Assembly: GCA_028023455.1 (NCBI GenBank)
Contig: JAQFVV010000007.1
Location: 11,036,001 to 11,100,000 of the forward strand
DNA length: 64,000 nucleotides
Origin: Epiperipatus broadwayi
Lineage: Eukaryota > Animalia > Onychophora
Direction: 5' to 3'
The position numbers and the translations under genes were made by a program. Below the pieces are notes generated by a model. That model searched no databases and was not told the DNA's origin. It saw nothing but the letters and a program-made list of their open reading frames with translations. Every line of letters begins with the position of its first letter. Position 1 is the first letter of the stretch. Of this stretch, positions 1 through 13,010 are shown piece by piece.

Positions 1-121
1 GATTTTGCTACTGTTGTAACAACTTGTGTCAGTATAGGCAATGGTGTGATGTTTTATTGGTTTATTAATACTAATGTTATGTTTCTGTGTTTTCTATAAA
101 AATTTTCTCTGTTTCAAACAG

Positions 122-214
122 AAATATTTGATGAAGAAAATCCAACTACTCCTTGATAGACTTATGTTTTTGTCAATCAACCCTGATACATCAGTTGTTC
201 CAGGCACCAGTTGA
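122..214 (+). CDS. Candidate terminal exon of an upstream gene (unidentified)
   Basis: Pyrimidine-rich acceptor aattttctctgtttcaaacAG ends at 121. Frame 0 reads KYLMKKIQLLLDRLMFLSINPDTSVVPGTS*; phase 1 reads IFDEENPTTP*. No homology recognised. Confidence 0.15.
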   Translation, partial: KYLMKKIQLLLDRLMFLSINPDTSVVPGTS

Positions 215-1373
215 CACTCAAACAAATATGGCTATCCAATCTTTTATTAATACATATGCAGAGTTCTATATGATTTTAAAACTTAAATACATACCCTAAT
301 GGCAATTTAACTAAAGCTTCCATTGTATTAGCTGAATATTATTAAACAAGATGTAGCTTTTATACAAATTAATTTTAATTAATACTGATTTCAAAGTAAA
401 CATTTAAATATTACTAAATTTGGTGGCTATGGTTGCTGGGGTTTCAACCAATTTTTCATGCTCCTGATAAAAACATAATATATGTCTAGCAAGAATTTAT
501 GACTACTTTTGTCAAACATTTCTGTAGAAAAAGTAAGGCAAATGATAGCATTATATATATATCCAAATTAAATTTTTTATCTCAGTGCATCTTTCATCTA
601 CCAATCTCTCACAATGCAGATACCTTTGAAACATACATTTATATATATTGTGCCCATTTCAATTTATCCTGTGGATAAAATTACAGTATTGTGCATAAAA
701 TGAAAACAAAAAATAATCATCACATTTTCTTATATAGAAAGAGAAGCTACAGTATGAAGTCCCAAAAGCCTATGGCAGAAAGTGAGTAGGAGATATATTT
801 ATGCTATTTGTCTGTTTTGATAAATCTCAAATAGAATACTACATACCTTGAATTATTTCATAGTTATTATAAAAGTTAGAATTAAAACACATATAAATAG
901 TTGTCTGGGGACACAAACTATTTAGTTAATCATTTTCAAATTTTGAATATTAACTTTCCTAAAAATTGATCTATACTTGCTAAAATCTGCTCTCTATTTT
1001 TTCTATAACAATAATTAAGTCTAATAGTTGTAATGATTTAATTTTGAATATTAAATTATGGTTTGTAAAAAGCATTCAGATTATTTTTGATGGGCAGATT
1101 TTTTTTAATGTCTGAATATCAGAGTGTGTGCTTGTATTTTACAAAAAATATATTTACAGTTATACATATAGTAAGAGAAAAATTCTGTTAAAATCATTTT
1201 AACATGTCAAAAGCTCTAGGGTTAGAGACTTTATTGTTTATATTGTGTTAATTAAACTCACAGGTTAGAGTTTCATTTGGAAGTACAGCTAAAAGTCTTT
1301 AAAATCACAAATAATTAGAGAAAAAATTGGTTAACATTTATGAGGCTAGCTAATTATCAACAAAGTTATTAGT

Positions 1374-1553
1374 CTGGATTATTTTTTTACCAACAGTAAA
1401 TTTGAAACAGATTATCAGTTTTAAATTAGACTGGTTAATTAATAAAAATCAGGTGATTCTGTCTATTGGTTTGGATTTCTTATCAACAGTAAATTGGAAG
1501 CAGATGGTCAGTTTTAATCAAATGATTTAACTAATAAAATTAGGTTTTCTATC
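1374..1553. repeat. Diverged local tandem duplication (~95-bp unit, 2 copies)
   Basis: ggatt..ttaccaacagtaaatttgaaacagattatcagtttt..aataaaaatcagg is followed by ggatttcttatcaacagtaaattggaagcagatggtcagtttt..aataaaattagg. Confidence 0.6.
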
Positions 1554-1859
1554 TGAGGTCTGCAAAAGGACTCAGCAATATAAACAGGCTGGCAATCACT
1601 TAAAAATATATTAAGTATTAAAACTGTGAAGGGAACAAGTTAAAGTGTGGAAACAGACCACTTTGAATTACTGTTATTTTTATATCTAATTTTGTTTGGA
1701 AGATTGCATATAGCATAATGACAGGCTAAGTACACATGTATGTTTTATCTGGCTGGCCCAGCCATCCATCAGCCCATACATATCTGAAAAGTATGAGCCA
1801 AAAGTATTACACATATTGTGACATTGTGAAAAATGAGATAGAAAATACTGATTGCTCAC

Positions 1860-1873
1860 CTGCATTTTTAAAG
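1860..1873 (-). CDS. Candidate 14-nt micro-exon of an unidentified minus-strand gene
   Basis: Minus strand reads tttacttattttcattttAG|ctttaaaaatgcag|GTgagc. It is followed by a 76-nt intron ending atacttttcAG at 1784. Confidence 0.3.
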
Positions 1874-2844
1874 CTAAAATGAAAATAAGTAAACTACTGA
1901 AAAGTGTTAAATCATGCTAGTTCAGTTATGCCAGTGACTAAGTTTAAACCCCAGTAACATGATAAAAATATGAAAACAACAGATATCCTTAATCTATTAA
2001 GATAAGTATGCTGAAAAGTAAGAAAAAAACAATTCCAGTGCCCAAATGGTGCCAATGGAAGCAAGTGACTTCACCATCATCATCACAGTAAAAGAATTAC
2101 AAGCCACAAGCCAAGTAAAAGAATAGGACTGTTCCAGTAAACCACTGAAATTGGTAATATATGTGTGTTACAGATTGGTGTATGTGGTTGCTGCAAAATT
2201 TATAAACATTCAACATGCTGAATTTGATCTCTTGGAAAGTTCTGCCTCAAAAAAATAAAAAAACCTGATAATATGAATTTTAATTATATATTTTCCTGTT
2301 ATTATATCAGGGACTATTAACAAAAATTTTAGTAACAAATCTTTTATCTTTTATTGTCTCTGAATTTCAAAAACCAAAATTGAGTGAAAAGCAGAATTTC
2401 AGTAATAATAGCTGTACACATTATTAATGATTTTATGTATTCTAAAATTATTATACATATCCACTTATTGATGTATTTTATTTTGTGAAATGTATTATTG
2501 TGGGTCAAATTCAAAATTATGTAATATGTTCATATGTTGGAAGTTTTTTTTTGTTTAGTAATAATGTTTCATTCGTGATGGGAATACATACATACACGCA
2601 TGTAGTAATATAATTATACTTGCCAAATAGATAGCTGTGTTGTATGAATGCTGAAAGTGATAGAAAGGTAACATTGGAGGAGTTGGATTTTCTTTTTAAA
2701 AATAATGATTAGGCACCTCAATAGCTTAGAGGGGAAGATAAGTAATTTAAAGCTTTTTCCTGTAAATGCTTTTACTTCTAAAATCTAACTAATATTTTTT
2801 TAATTAATTATCTTGTTATATGTTATGTTTGAATTTATAATGTT

Positions 2845-3339
2845 TACATTCAAATATCAGCCTTTTAAGCTAATTGTGCATATGCTTTGCAAGTGTTAAT
2901 AATAAATGAATACTTTCTCACTAATACAAGATATAGTATTTATGCAGGAATAAAAGGAATCCTCTTATTCCTATGACTCAAATTCTTATATATGAGCAAA
3001 TCTGAAGTACTGGCAAGTAAAGTGTGAGGATGGAACCATCACTTTAAATTACTATATACAATGTCTGAATGAATGACATGGGTGAAATTGTCTAGAATTT
3101 ACTAAACGTCATTACAACTGAAACTTAATCATATGTAAATAAGCATTTATTTTATATAGTGCTTTACTTGCCAGTACTTCAGATTTGCTCATATATAAGC
3201 ATTTGAGTTGTAGGAATAAGAGGATTCCTTTTATTCCTGCATAAATACTATATCTTGTATTGGTGAGAAAGTATTCATTTATTATTAACATTTGTAAAGC
3301 GTATGCACAATTAGCTTAAAAGGCTGATATTTGAATGTA
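2845..3339. mobile_element. Fold-back/MITE-like element, ~178-bp inverted arms (2845-3022, 3162-3339)
   Basis: The arms are reverse complements with scattered mismatches, e.g. ggaataaaaggaatcctcttattcct vs aggaataagaggattccttttattcc, around a ~140-bp spacer. Confidence 0.8.
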
Positions 3340-4538
3340 TACAATTGTAAACATACGCTATATAAAATAAATGCTAATTTATAATGTTATAAAAGGATGT
3401 CCGTGCATAAAATGTTTATAGTTTTAAGGAAATATTTTTCTTGTGGATGTAAATTCTTAGCTATTTATTATCCTAATTGATGCACAAACATTTTACTCTG
3501 AGAAACATTGGATACTGTTATTAAAGGGAAAGGTAGAAGAGTTTAATATTATTAATATTGTGATTTAAATATAAATAACTCATAATTGTTGTTCATATAA
3601 ATTTTCATATATATCTTCAAATAGTATGCATATTTTAGTAGTCCAGTAATAAATGTTAATTTGTTTTATTAAAAAATGCTATATGTTTATTAAGAGAATT
3701 CTTGCATTATTATTTATGATCATTCATCACCACTGTTGAATATTAATGGTTAAGTTTTAATTTATATATACTAAAGTTAGGCAAATAATTATGAATTTAT
3801 AAAAGCTAAATCTTAGGTTAGGTGTTAATTCTAAAGCTGTGGCTGAAAGTACTATTGTCATCATCATCATCATTGTCATCATCATGTTTTAAATCAATGA
3901 TATAGATAAATGTGTGTAATGGCCATAGAGAAATATTGATTTTCACTGTATTTGGTTATCATTTGGGGGGTATTATAAGATAATAACCATCATCAAGATC
4001 ATTAAACATCCTTCAAAGATGAGTGAATTGCCACCCTAAATCAATAGTGTTTGATATGAGCTAGCAAGACTTATGAAAATGTTAAAATGCATTTATAATA
4101 TTAAAATCTAAGTGATAATTTTTGTCTAATGAATTTTATATGCGCAACTAAAGCATAAGGATGTTTTTGTGTTTTCCTTCATGTTAGTGTAAATGTGAAA
4201 TGGTTCTAAAATCCAAAAATCCTACATTTTGTTATAAATAAGGTACCAAATGGGTTCAAACCTTGTACATTTGAAATAGGTATAGAATATAACTTTGTCT
4301 AGGTTTAGCTAACCTAGTGGTGCCCTGATGGACCATATTCACATATTTACTTAAATGTTCATTTAATAAAACTAAGAGATAAAAAGTGAGTAAAATACTG
4401 TGGGATTTATTTGGAAATATTTTTATTAAATGTACTCACCCACTACTTGATACTTTTTATTTAAGTTACACTGGATGCTTTTTATTTAGGTTACAATATA
4501 TATATATATATATATACATATATATATTTAGTATAAAA

Positions 4539-4576
<38 letters not shown>

Positions 4577-5020
4577 ATACTTTTATACTAAATAAATATA
4601 GTGTAATGGAAACAGGGTTACCTTTTTTATCTGTTCATAAATTAAAATGTACAAGAATTTATACACTGGAGTTAATGTGTGTTAGTAGCAATCACATTTA
4701 TTATATTTGGACAATGATTTAACCAAACTATTTATCAGACTGGGTATCAAGCTATATTTCTGATCATCATTGCCATCAGGTTCCATTACAGAGAGAATCT
4801 GTTCCTTGATCACTATAGATATATTTTTATTTACATTTGCCTGTCACACTACAGATTAGGGTACCATCTCTAAAGGAAGGAACATTTATGTCAGGTTCAA
4901 ACCCTATCTAAGGTCTTTTGATGTTAAAATATTTTATTAATACACAATTGGCTTTGACAAACATGACAATATTTCACAAGGTAATCACATTTTTTGATAC
5001 AGGTAACATGAATCATCATT

Positions 5021-5590
<570 letters not shown>

Positions 5591-5744
5591 AAAAAAATCA
5601 TCTGTCTTTGTATAGTTATTATAAAGACAGATGAAAGAATATCAGAGAAAAAGGACTAGTGACTACTTATAATGAATTGATAAGTCAAATTTATTTAATT
5701 ATTTTCTGTACATGAAGGGTCAGATTGACTTTAGGTCAACATAG

Positions 5745-6075
5745 GTGTGACAAGAATCTCAGTCTCAGGGTGGCCTTTGAGCATTCCATCATCAGATTTT
5801 CAATTGTATGGGTGATTGAAGAGTTGGAGTGTGGAGTGGATTGAATCATGTCCTTTAAAGTATGAAGATTGGCTATCTTAATATATATCTGAGCACTTAT
5901 TGCATATATGTGTAAAGATGATAATCTGGACCAACTGATGATTTCTGGTTTAGCATGAAATACATATATTGGTGATTATTTATCTTTTTGACATATATGT
6001 ATTCAAGTATATCAGTGATATGAGATAGAATGGTGGGTCATGTGAAAGTGTGTGCTCATATACCCTATATATTAA
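5745..6075 (-). mobile_element. Family A fold-back element, single (reverse) arm
   Basis: Contains gagatgataatctggaccaactgatg..ctggtttagcatgaaatacatat, the reverse complement of the arm at 12540-12720, 26400-26600 and 28630-28850. Close to the copy at 61719-61980. Confidence 0.8.
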
Positions 6076-6689
6076 CTATAATTATTGGTTTAGTCCCTGA
6101 ATATTTATATAACAATAATTCACTCCCTGACATTATACAAATAAAATTAATTAATAAAAATATTAAAATAAACATTACTAAAAATATAAAATAATACATC
6201 AGAATAGGAATATTAATTGATGCAGATTAGTAAAATATATAAAAGATAAAAAATATTAATTAAATAAATATACTGTCATTTTAGTTCATTTTAATGTGTT
6301 CTGATATTTTATTTATTTTAAGTATTTATATTAAACCTATTAACAAAAATTGAATAATAAAGGCTTACTCATTTATTAACTACTTTATGATCACAATTAA
6401 TGTCTTTTGGATTCTTAGTTCGAGTTCAAGTATATGATGACATATATATATCATTCAGCTCGTTTCTTGTTTAACTTCAATTTACACAGATATTGGAGAA
6501 ATTATAGCTACAATAGGTTTTTTTGAGTTCAAGGAACTTCCACTGCCATTATTTGCCATGATATGTTTCTACTTCTATAGTTTCAATATTATCTAGTTAG
6601 AGATCCAATGTTATTCTATTATTTTTTTATACTGGTATATTTTTGCCTTTATCATCCTATTTGGATGTATATATTTATGAGTTGGATAA

Positions 6690-7190
6690 ATTGAGGGTAG
6701 GTACAGAAATATATAGATGAATAGATTGATAGAGATAAACATATAGATTGATAGATAAGCTAAAAGTTGGATAAAAAAATGGATGGAGTGAACAGTTGGA
6801 TAAATAGATTGACAAATAGATAGATATTTAAATAGAATGTCAAATATATGGAGTAGATAGATAGGTTGGGCAGATGAATAAAGATTGCAAATAGATTAAT
6901 GGATGTGTGGCTAAATAGATAAAGATTAGATGATAAATAAAAAATTGACTGATAAATAATTAGATAAACAAATGAACATATTGACTGGTAAATAGGTAGA
7001 TAAATATCTAAATGGATAGTTGAAGAATTGAATAAATGAGTGGATAAAGAGAAAATCTGATAGATAGATAGACACATAGATAGAGAGATAAGCAGATAAA
7101 TGCAGAAATAAGCAGATAGATTGATAGATAAAATAAATGGATTGATAGATAATTAAATAAATTGATTTATAGAAAGAAGTAGATAGATAT
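6690..7190. repeat. Degenerate (GATA)n/(TAGA)n low-complexity tract
   Basis: Repeated gataga/taaata motifs. This explains ORF 6760-7077. Confidence 0.85.
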
Positions 7191-7199
7191 GTAATCCTA

Positions 7200-9230
7200 A
7201 TAAAAATAATAAATTTAATGGTAATAAATTATTATAAACCATATTTAAATCTGCAGAAGTGCTTTCAGTTAATTTCTTAAACCTGCCTCAAGTGCCATTA
7301 AATTAAAAAAAAAACAAAGCGAAAGCAAATGTCATCAATTCAAATCCCATGAATCTCATATTTTAATGTTAGCAGCTAGTCTATTTATTAAATACATTTT
7401 ATTCTTATTTATAAAAAAAATTCCTCCTTAATTTTTTTAAAATTATGGTGTCTCTCTTCATGAAGAATTTTCACACTTTCAAAATCAAATTTAAATATCT
7501 ATTTACATGTTTTTTCATGATCAAAGAAAACTGAAGCAGTCATTAAATCACCATTATTCTTATTTTTTACAGACTTATATAACAATTCATGCTTCTTTAA
7601 TCTCTTTTCACTACTGCACCTCGATTCACCTATATATGATAACATACAGTCACAAAAAATTTGATATATGATATTTTATGCTTAAAAAGTATGACATCCT
7701 TAGAATTATTAATTAACATTATTTGGAATATAGATTGAAACATTAAACACATTCTTATATATATCCTTAAAAAATTTCACTTGCAGATTTGAAATAAATG
7801 GAATAGATATTCATTGTTTACTATCAATCTTCATTTCCTTTAGATCATTATAACTCTTTTTAAATTGACATAAATCATTGTTTATTTTTTCCAATTCATA
7901 ACCAGCTTCAAGCAATTCTTTGGCAAATATCTCAATACTTTTCAGTTTATCACTGGTAACAACATAAATTTTCATTACAAAACAAAAGAGATGTAAAACT
8001 TGCCATGTTATGCATAATTGGTACTTTTGATTTACAATTTATATATCCTCTTTTTTGCAATGGCTTGATTAATAATTTATAATTTAATCTACTGTTATCT
8101 CTTGTAATAATTAAAACCAACTATTTAATATTTTTGTCATGTTCCTTTTCAGTCATCCATTTCAAGCCATTCAAATTATTTAATTCCTCTATAAGAAAAT
8201 TTATAGTATTAGTATTTCCACAAACAAAACATCATTCACATATCTTTTGTAAATTTTAATATTTTTAAAAGAGCACATATTTAAAATATCACTCTCATAC
8301 CTAGACAACACAAAATTGCAAACTTGTGCAACTACAGGCAGACCCATAGGTCAACCTTTAGACATTTTATAATAGTGACCTTCAAAAGATGCAACAATGT
8401 TATTAAAATTTTTTAAAGAATCAACAGTAAACTTTATCATATATTTACAAATACCTTTACTTTTTAATGTATGTTCAATTATTTTTATGGAATTCATTCT
8501 ATCAATAAAACCATACATTTCTGTTATATCCAATGAAGCAATAACATTATTATCATTAATCACCAAATTTATACTATTTACAAAGTCAAAAGATAAAGCA
8601 ATAGTATTGTCTCCAAATTTTAAAAAGTCCTTTAAAAGTTTACCAATATATTTAGAAGCCTAATACAGGAATGAACCACCCAAATCTATCATGTTTTGCA
8701 AAGGATTACCTTCTTTATGTAACTATATTTGCAAAAATACATGGGCATACCACACAGTAAGGATATATTATATAGTATGCATTATTACTTGAAGCTTTAT
8801 TTTTAGCACTTTTTAAAATATTGTTAATAAATTTTATTCTTTGGCTATCCATATTGTATTCTTCAATCAAAAATAAAACAAGTTCTCCATTTGCACTTTA
8901 ACATTATCAATATATTGACATTTCATCATTGAACACATTTGTAGCCCTTTATCTTCTTTCAAACAAATCATATTATCATTCTCCAACCTCTGTTTAAATT
9001 CCAAAATAGCCAATTTCCATGATTTATCATAAGACATCACATTAAATTTATTACAATTAATTTTCTTAATAATATCATTAGCAAAATGATTATCACTAAG
9101 GAATCATTTCAAATGAATTTTGAACAGCTGCAATTAGTTTCAAATTATAATCATTCCAATTACCACTGACCTATTTAGCTCCATGACATAAAATGTATTT
9201 CTGAATCAAATGTATCTTATTATTTAATAA
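7200..9230 (-). mobile_element. Penelope-like retroelement (PLE), degenerate RT + GIY-YIG endonuclease
   Basis: Minus translation, with frameshifts and stops, gives the PLE RT motifs in order: GNPLQNMIDLGGSFLY*ASKYIGKLL, IASLDITEMYGFID, FEGHYYKMSKG*PMGLPV, KRYVNDV. These are followed by YQIFCDCMLSYIGE (GIY-YIG) and a 3' tail at 7200-7400. Confidence 0.88.
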
Positions 9231-9255
9231 ATTAATAAAGTTTAACTCATTATAA

Positions 9256-10190
9256 GCTTGTGGATGTAACATAAATGTATGGTTATATTGATAGAATGAA
9301 TTCTATAAAAATAATTGAACATACATTAAAAAGTAAAGGAGAGTGATAAACTGAAAAATATTGAGATATTTGCCAAGGAATTGCTTGAATTGGGTTATGA
9401 ACTGGAACAAATAAACAGTACTTTATGTCAGTTTAAAAAGAGTTATAATGGTCTAAAGGAAATGAAGATTGAGAGTAAACATTGGATATCTATTCTATTT
9501 ATTTCAAATCCACAAAACATCACATGATCACTACTATATGGAGAGTTTTGCTTTATTTTGGATTGTTTAATTCAAATCCACAAGTGAAATATTTTAAGGA
9601 TGTATATAAGAACATGTTTAATGTTTCATTCTATGTTCCAAACAATGTTAATAAATTAGTTAATAATTCTAAGGATGTCATACTTTTCAAGCAGAAAAGT
9701 AATATCATATATCAAATTTTTTGTGACTGTATGTTATCATATATAGGTGAATTAAGGTGCAGTATTGAGAAGAGATTAAAGGAGGATGAATTGTTACATA
9801 AGCCTGTAAAAAGTAAGAATAATGGTGATTTAATTACTGCTTCAGTTTTTTTTGATCATGAAAAAATATATAGATATAAATTTAAATTTGATTTTGAAAG
9901 TGTGAAAATTCTTCACGAAGAGAGAAATCATAATAAAAAAAAATTAAGGAGGCAATTTTTATTTATAGGAATAAAATGCATTTAATAAATAGACAAGCGG
10001 CTAACATTAAAATACAGGATTCGTGGGGTTTGAATTGATGACTTTTGCTTCCATTTTGTTTTTGTTTTGTAATTTAATGGCAGTTGAGGCAGCTTTAAGA
10101 AATTAACAGAAAGTACTTTTGCAGATTTAAAGACTGTTTATAATAGTTTATTACCATTAAATTTATTATTTTTATTAGGATTACAATTAT
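9256..10190 (+). mobile_element. Inverted, internally deleted partial copy of the same PLE (GIY-YIG domain + 3' tail)
   Basis: ORF 9482-9985 has NIIYQIFCDCMLSYIGELRCSIEKRLKE (PLE GIY-YIG consensus YxIxCxCxxxYIGxTxRxLxxRxxEH). The sequence mirrors 8454-8530 and 7200-7954. Confidence 0.88.
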
Positions 10191-11204
10191 GTTTTAATTA
10201 ACGAACATTTTATCTATATTAGATAGATATGTAAATGCACACAAAGACAAACATATATAACTATAGAGAAAAACTGATAGATGGATAGATGAGTGGAATT
10301 TAAAGACATATTTAAATAAATTTATTAGAAAATCAAAGTTGTATTAAATGTTTTGACAAAACAGTCTTTAATATTTTTTGATTTTTTTTTTTCATTTTAC
10401 ATTTTTTTATTTTATTGATTTGAAATCATGTAGTCAAGTTTGTGTAAAACTTAATTTTCCTGCTTCCCGATCATGAGATGAAATCTATGTCAACATTTTT
10501 TACTTCTTGTCCTAAGCCATGATGCCAAGCAAGACACAAACTTTTCCATTGTTAACAATGTTGTTTAAATTATAGATAATATTATATGTATTTACTTTTC
10601 AAAAATGAACAACATAATCTTTGTCATATAGTTTTTCAACTTTGGAAGATGTTTGAAAATGTATTCCGCTGTCTCATTTTTTAAAAATTTTTTTTGGAAC
10701 TATGAAATTCATAACAGTTTATAAATATTTCCCATTTAATTTTTTACATTTTTGGTAAAATTTGAAATCTAATCCTTTGTTAATTCTAAAATTAAAATAC
10801 TTTCATTTAAGCAAATTTTTATTTATTCTTACATTAGTTTATGAATTTTTCATTGCCTCCACATTATTTAAACATATATTTATATTCTGTCTCCATACTT
10901 CATAATTAAAATATTTAGCTTTAAGCACATGTTTTTTTTATTAATTCTTATGTCAATTTAATAAATTGTTTTTTGTTGTTAAACATTAATATTGGCTAAT
11001 CTCTAAATTTAATATAATATCCACAGTGTTTTTTTGACTTTAATATTTACTAATTACCACTTTAGTAGACACTATAATATTTTTTGACAATTCTCATTAA
11101 TTTAGGGATTTGTTTTGGGGAAAAAATATTAGGAACAGTTTTATAACTTTTTTTTATTTAAAATTTTTTTTTTAAAATTTTCAATGAAATTTGAAATTGT
11201 TCAA

Positions 11205-11330
11205 TAAAGACGCGACAAAATAACTGGAACAGCCTTTATACTCATAGTGATGTAATGTTAATCGTTAATTATCACTTGCGCATGCCCAGCAGTACTTTTC
11301 AACTATCCCTAGTGTCAAAAATGGCATAGT
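11205..11330. promoter_or_regulatory. Candidate housekeeping-type promoter (CpG patch, NRF1-like and YY1-like motifs)
   Basis: Four CpGs fall within ~75 bp in CpG-poor DNA. TGCGCATGC at 11277-11285, AAAATGGC at 11317-11325. Confidence 0.4.
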
Positions 11331-12534
11331 AGATTTTCTAAAACAGCATCAATAAATCTTTTTTTAATACTTAATTTAGTATGGAGTGATCAATTTTTTA
11401 TGTATAACTTTATTTTTTTTTATATATCTTTTTGTATGTTATATTGGTTAATAAGTGTATGTAGATATTTACAATTAATGCTCAAATTTTAGTTAGCCTT
11501 TCCCCTGCAATAAACTATTTAAAGACTGTTTTTTTATTATTCTAATACAAATTATAGTAGAAATTTGTGTATATATAACTACACTATATATATATATATA
11601 TGCAGATGTCCACAGATATATAGTTATTAAATGAGAAGATTTTTAACACTATAAATTATTCTAAAAAAAATTATTTGTTGTTTAAAGTTCTAAAAGAGTT
11701 GCTTGATTAAGATTATCACAATTTTAGCAAAGATTTATAATAAAATTGCTTGAAATCTTTCTTAAGTGTTTTGATCTATCCCAGAATGCTTTGTCTCTTA
11801 AAACATTTTATTTCAGGCTTTGAAGATTTAGATGGAAATACCAAGATACATTTTAATTAAATATGGTTTATGTTATTTAAGTTGAAGATTGAAAAAACAA
11901 GTAGCAAAATTATGGATTTAAAAATTTTAAACTAGTTATAATCCAATCTATTTTTTGTTTATCTTTTAATTTGTCTGCTTTTACTCTATACTAAAATACA
12001 CTGAGATCTTATTTATAGAGTATGTGATTGTATGAATTTATTTATTTATCTATTTGGGTTTTTGTGTATGTATGGCAAAATATTCTTATATAAGTTAAAG
12101 ATCTATTGAACAATTTCTCAAATAAAAATAATTAGGGTTACTGTTGGGCAATAAAGTTTAGAACAGATTTTTATTCTGGTTTTAGTGTTTAACTAATAGT
12201 ATCTAAATACTTATTTTCCAACCAATAAGGACAATTAGTTGGATTAATTCTAAGTATAAACTTACAAAATCCACATTTACCTGCCAATTCAAACTGACAT
12301 CAGAAAGTGTAGCAGAAAGAGATTCTATTGTTGCACCATAAGGTTTTTAGTTGTGTGTGTGATTAAATATATATATATTTAATCATTCTTATTTCTTTTA
12401 TATCTCAAACACATAATTGTAGATATAAGGAAAAAAATTACTAATCTTTAATAGTACAATTAAAAGCCTATATGTAAAGTAAATGCAAATCACTAATTTA
12501 ATTATTATTATTATTAAATATAAGGTTAATATAT

Positions 12535-13010
12535 ATTCTTAAGCTAGATGGAGAGGATTTAAACCCAGACTTTCAAGCTCCCTTCAGTCATTCACTCTAT
12601 CTAATATAACTGATACACATGACCATGTACATGTGAAAAAGACAAAAGCTCTCCACTGTATGTATTTCATGCTGAACCTCATCAATTGGTCCAGATCATT
12701 ATCTCCCACACACATATATAATCAGTTTTGGATGGCTGAAGAGCTGGAGAGTGGACAGGATTGAAACCAGTTCATTAAAGTTTGTAGATTTACTAATTTA
12801 ATATAATACTGAGCACTGATTATATATATATGCACTGGGAAATGATGATTCTGACCAAGAGATGAGTGCTGGTTCAGTATGAAATACATATATTGGAAAT
12901 CATTTAGCTTTTTCACATGTATGTGGCAATGTATATTGGTTATATTAGACAGAGTGAATGACTGAAGGGGTCTTTAAAGTCTGTGTTCCAATCTCCTTTA
13001 ATTAATTTAA
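12535..13010. mobile_element. Family A fold-back element, both arms (~185 bp each)
   Basis: Left arm gaggatttaaacccagactttcaagctcccttcagtcattcactct..atctcccacacacatatata. Right arm is its reverse complement, ending gagtgaatgactgaaggggtctttaaagtctgtgttccaatctcc. Confidence 0.85.

Noticed and set aside
8397-8663. ORFs 8397-8663, 31080-31481, 31924-32229, 34051-34257
   Set aside because: These are antisense shadows of PLE/RTE coding sequence.
9995-10190. Hammerhead ribozyme in the PLE tail
   Set aside because: No CTGANGA..GAAA core with flanking stems was found by eye in any of four copies.
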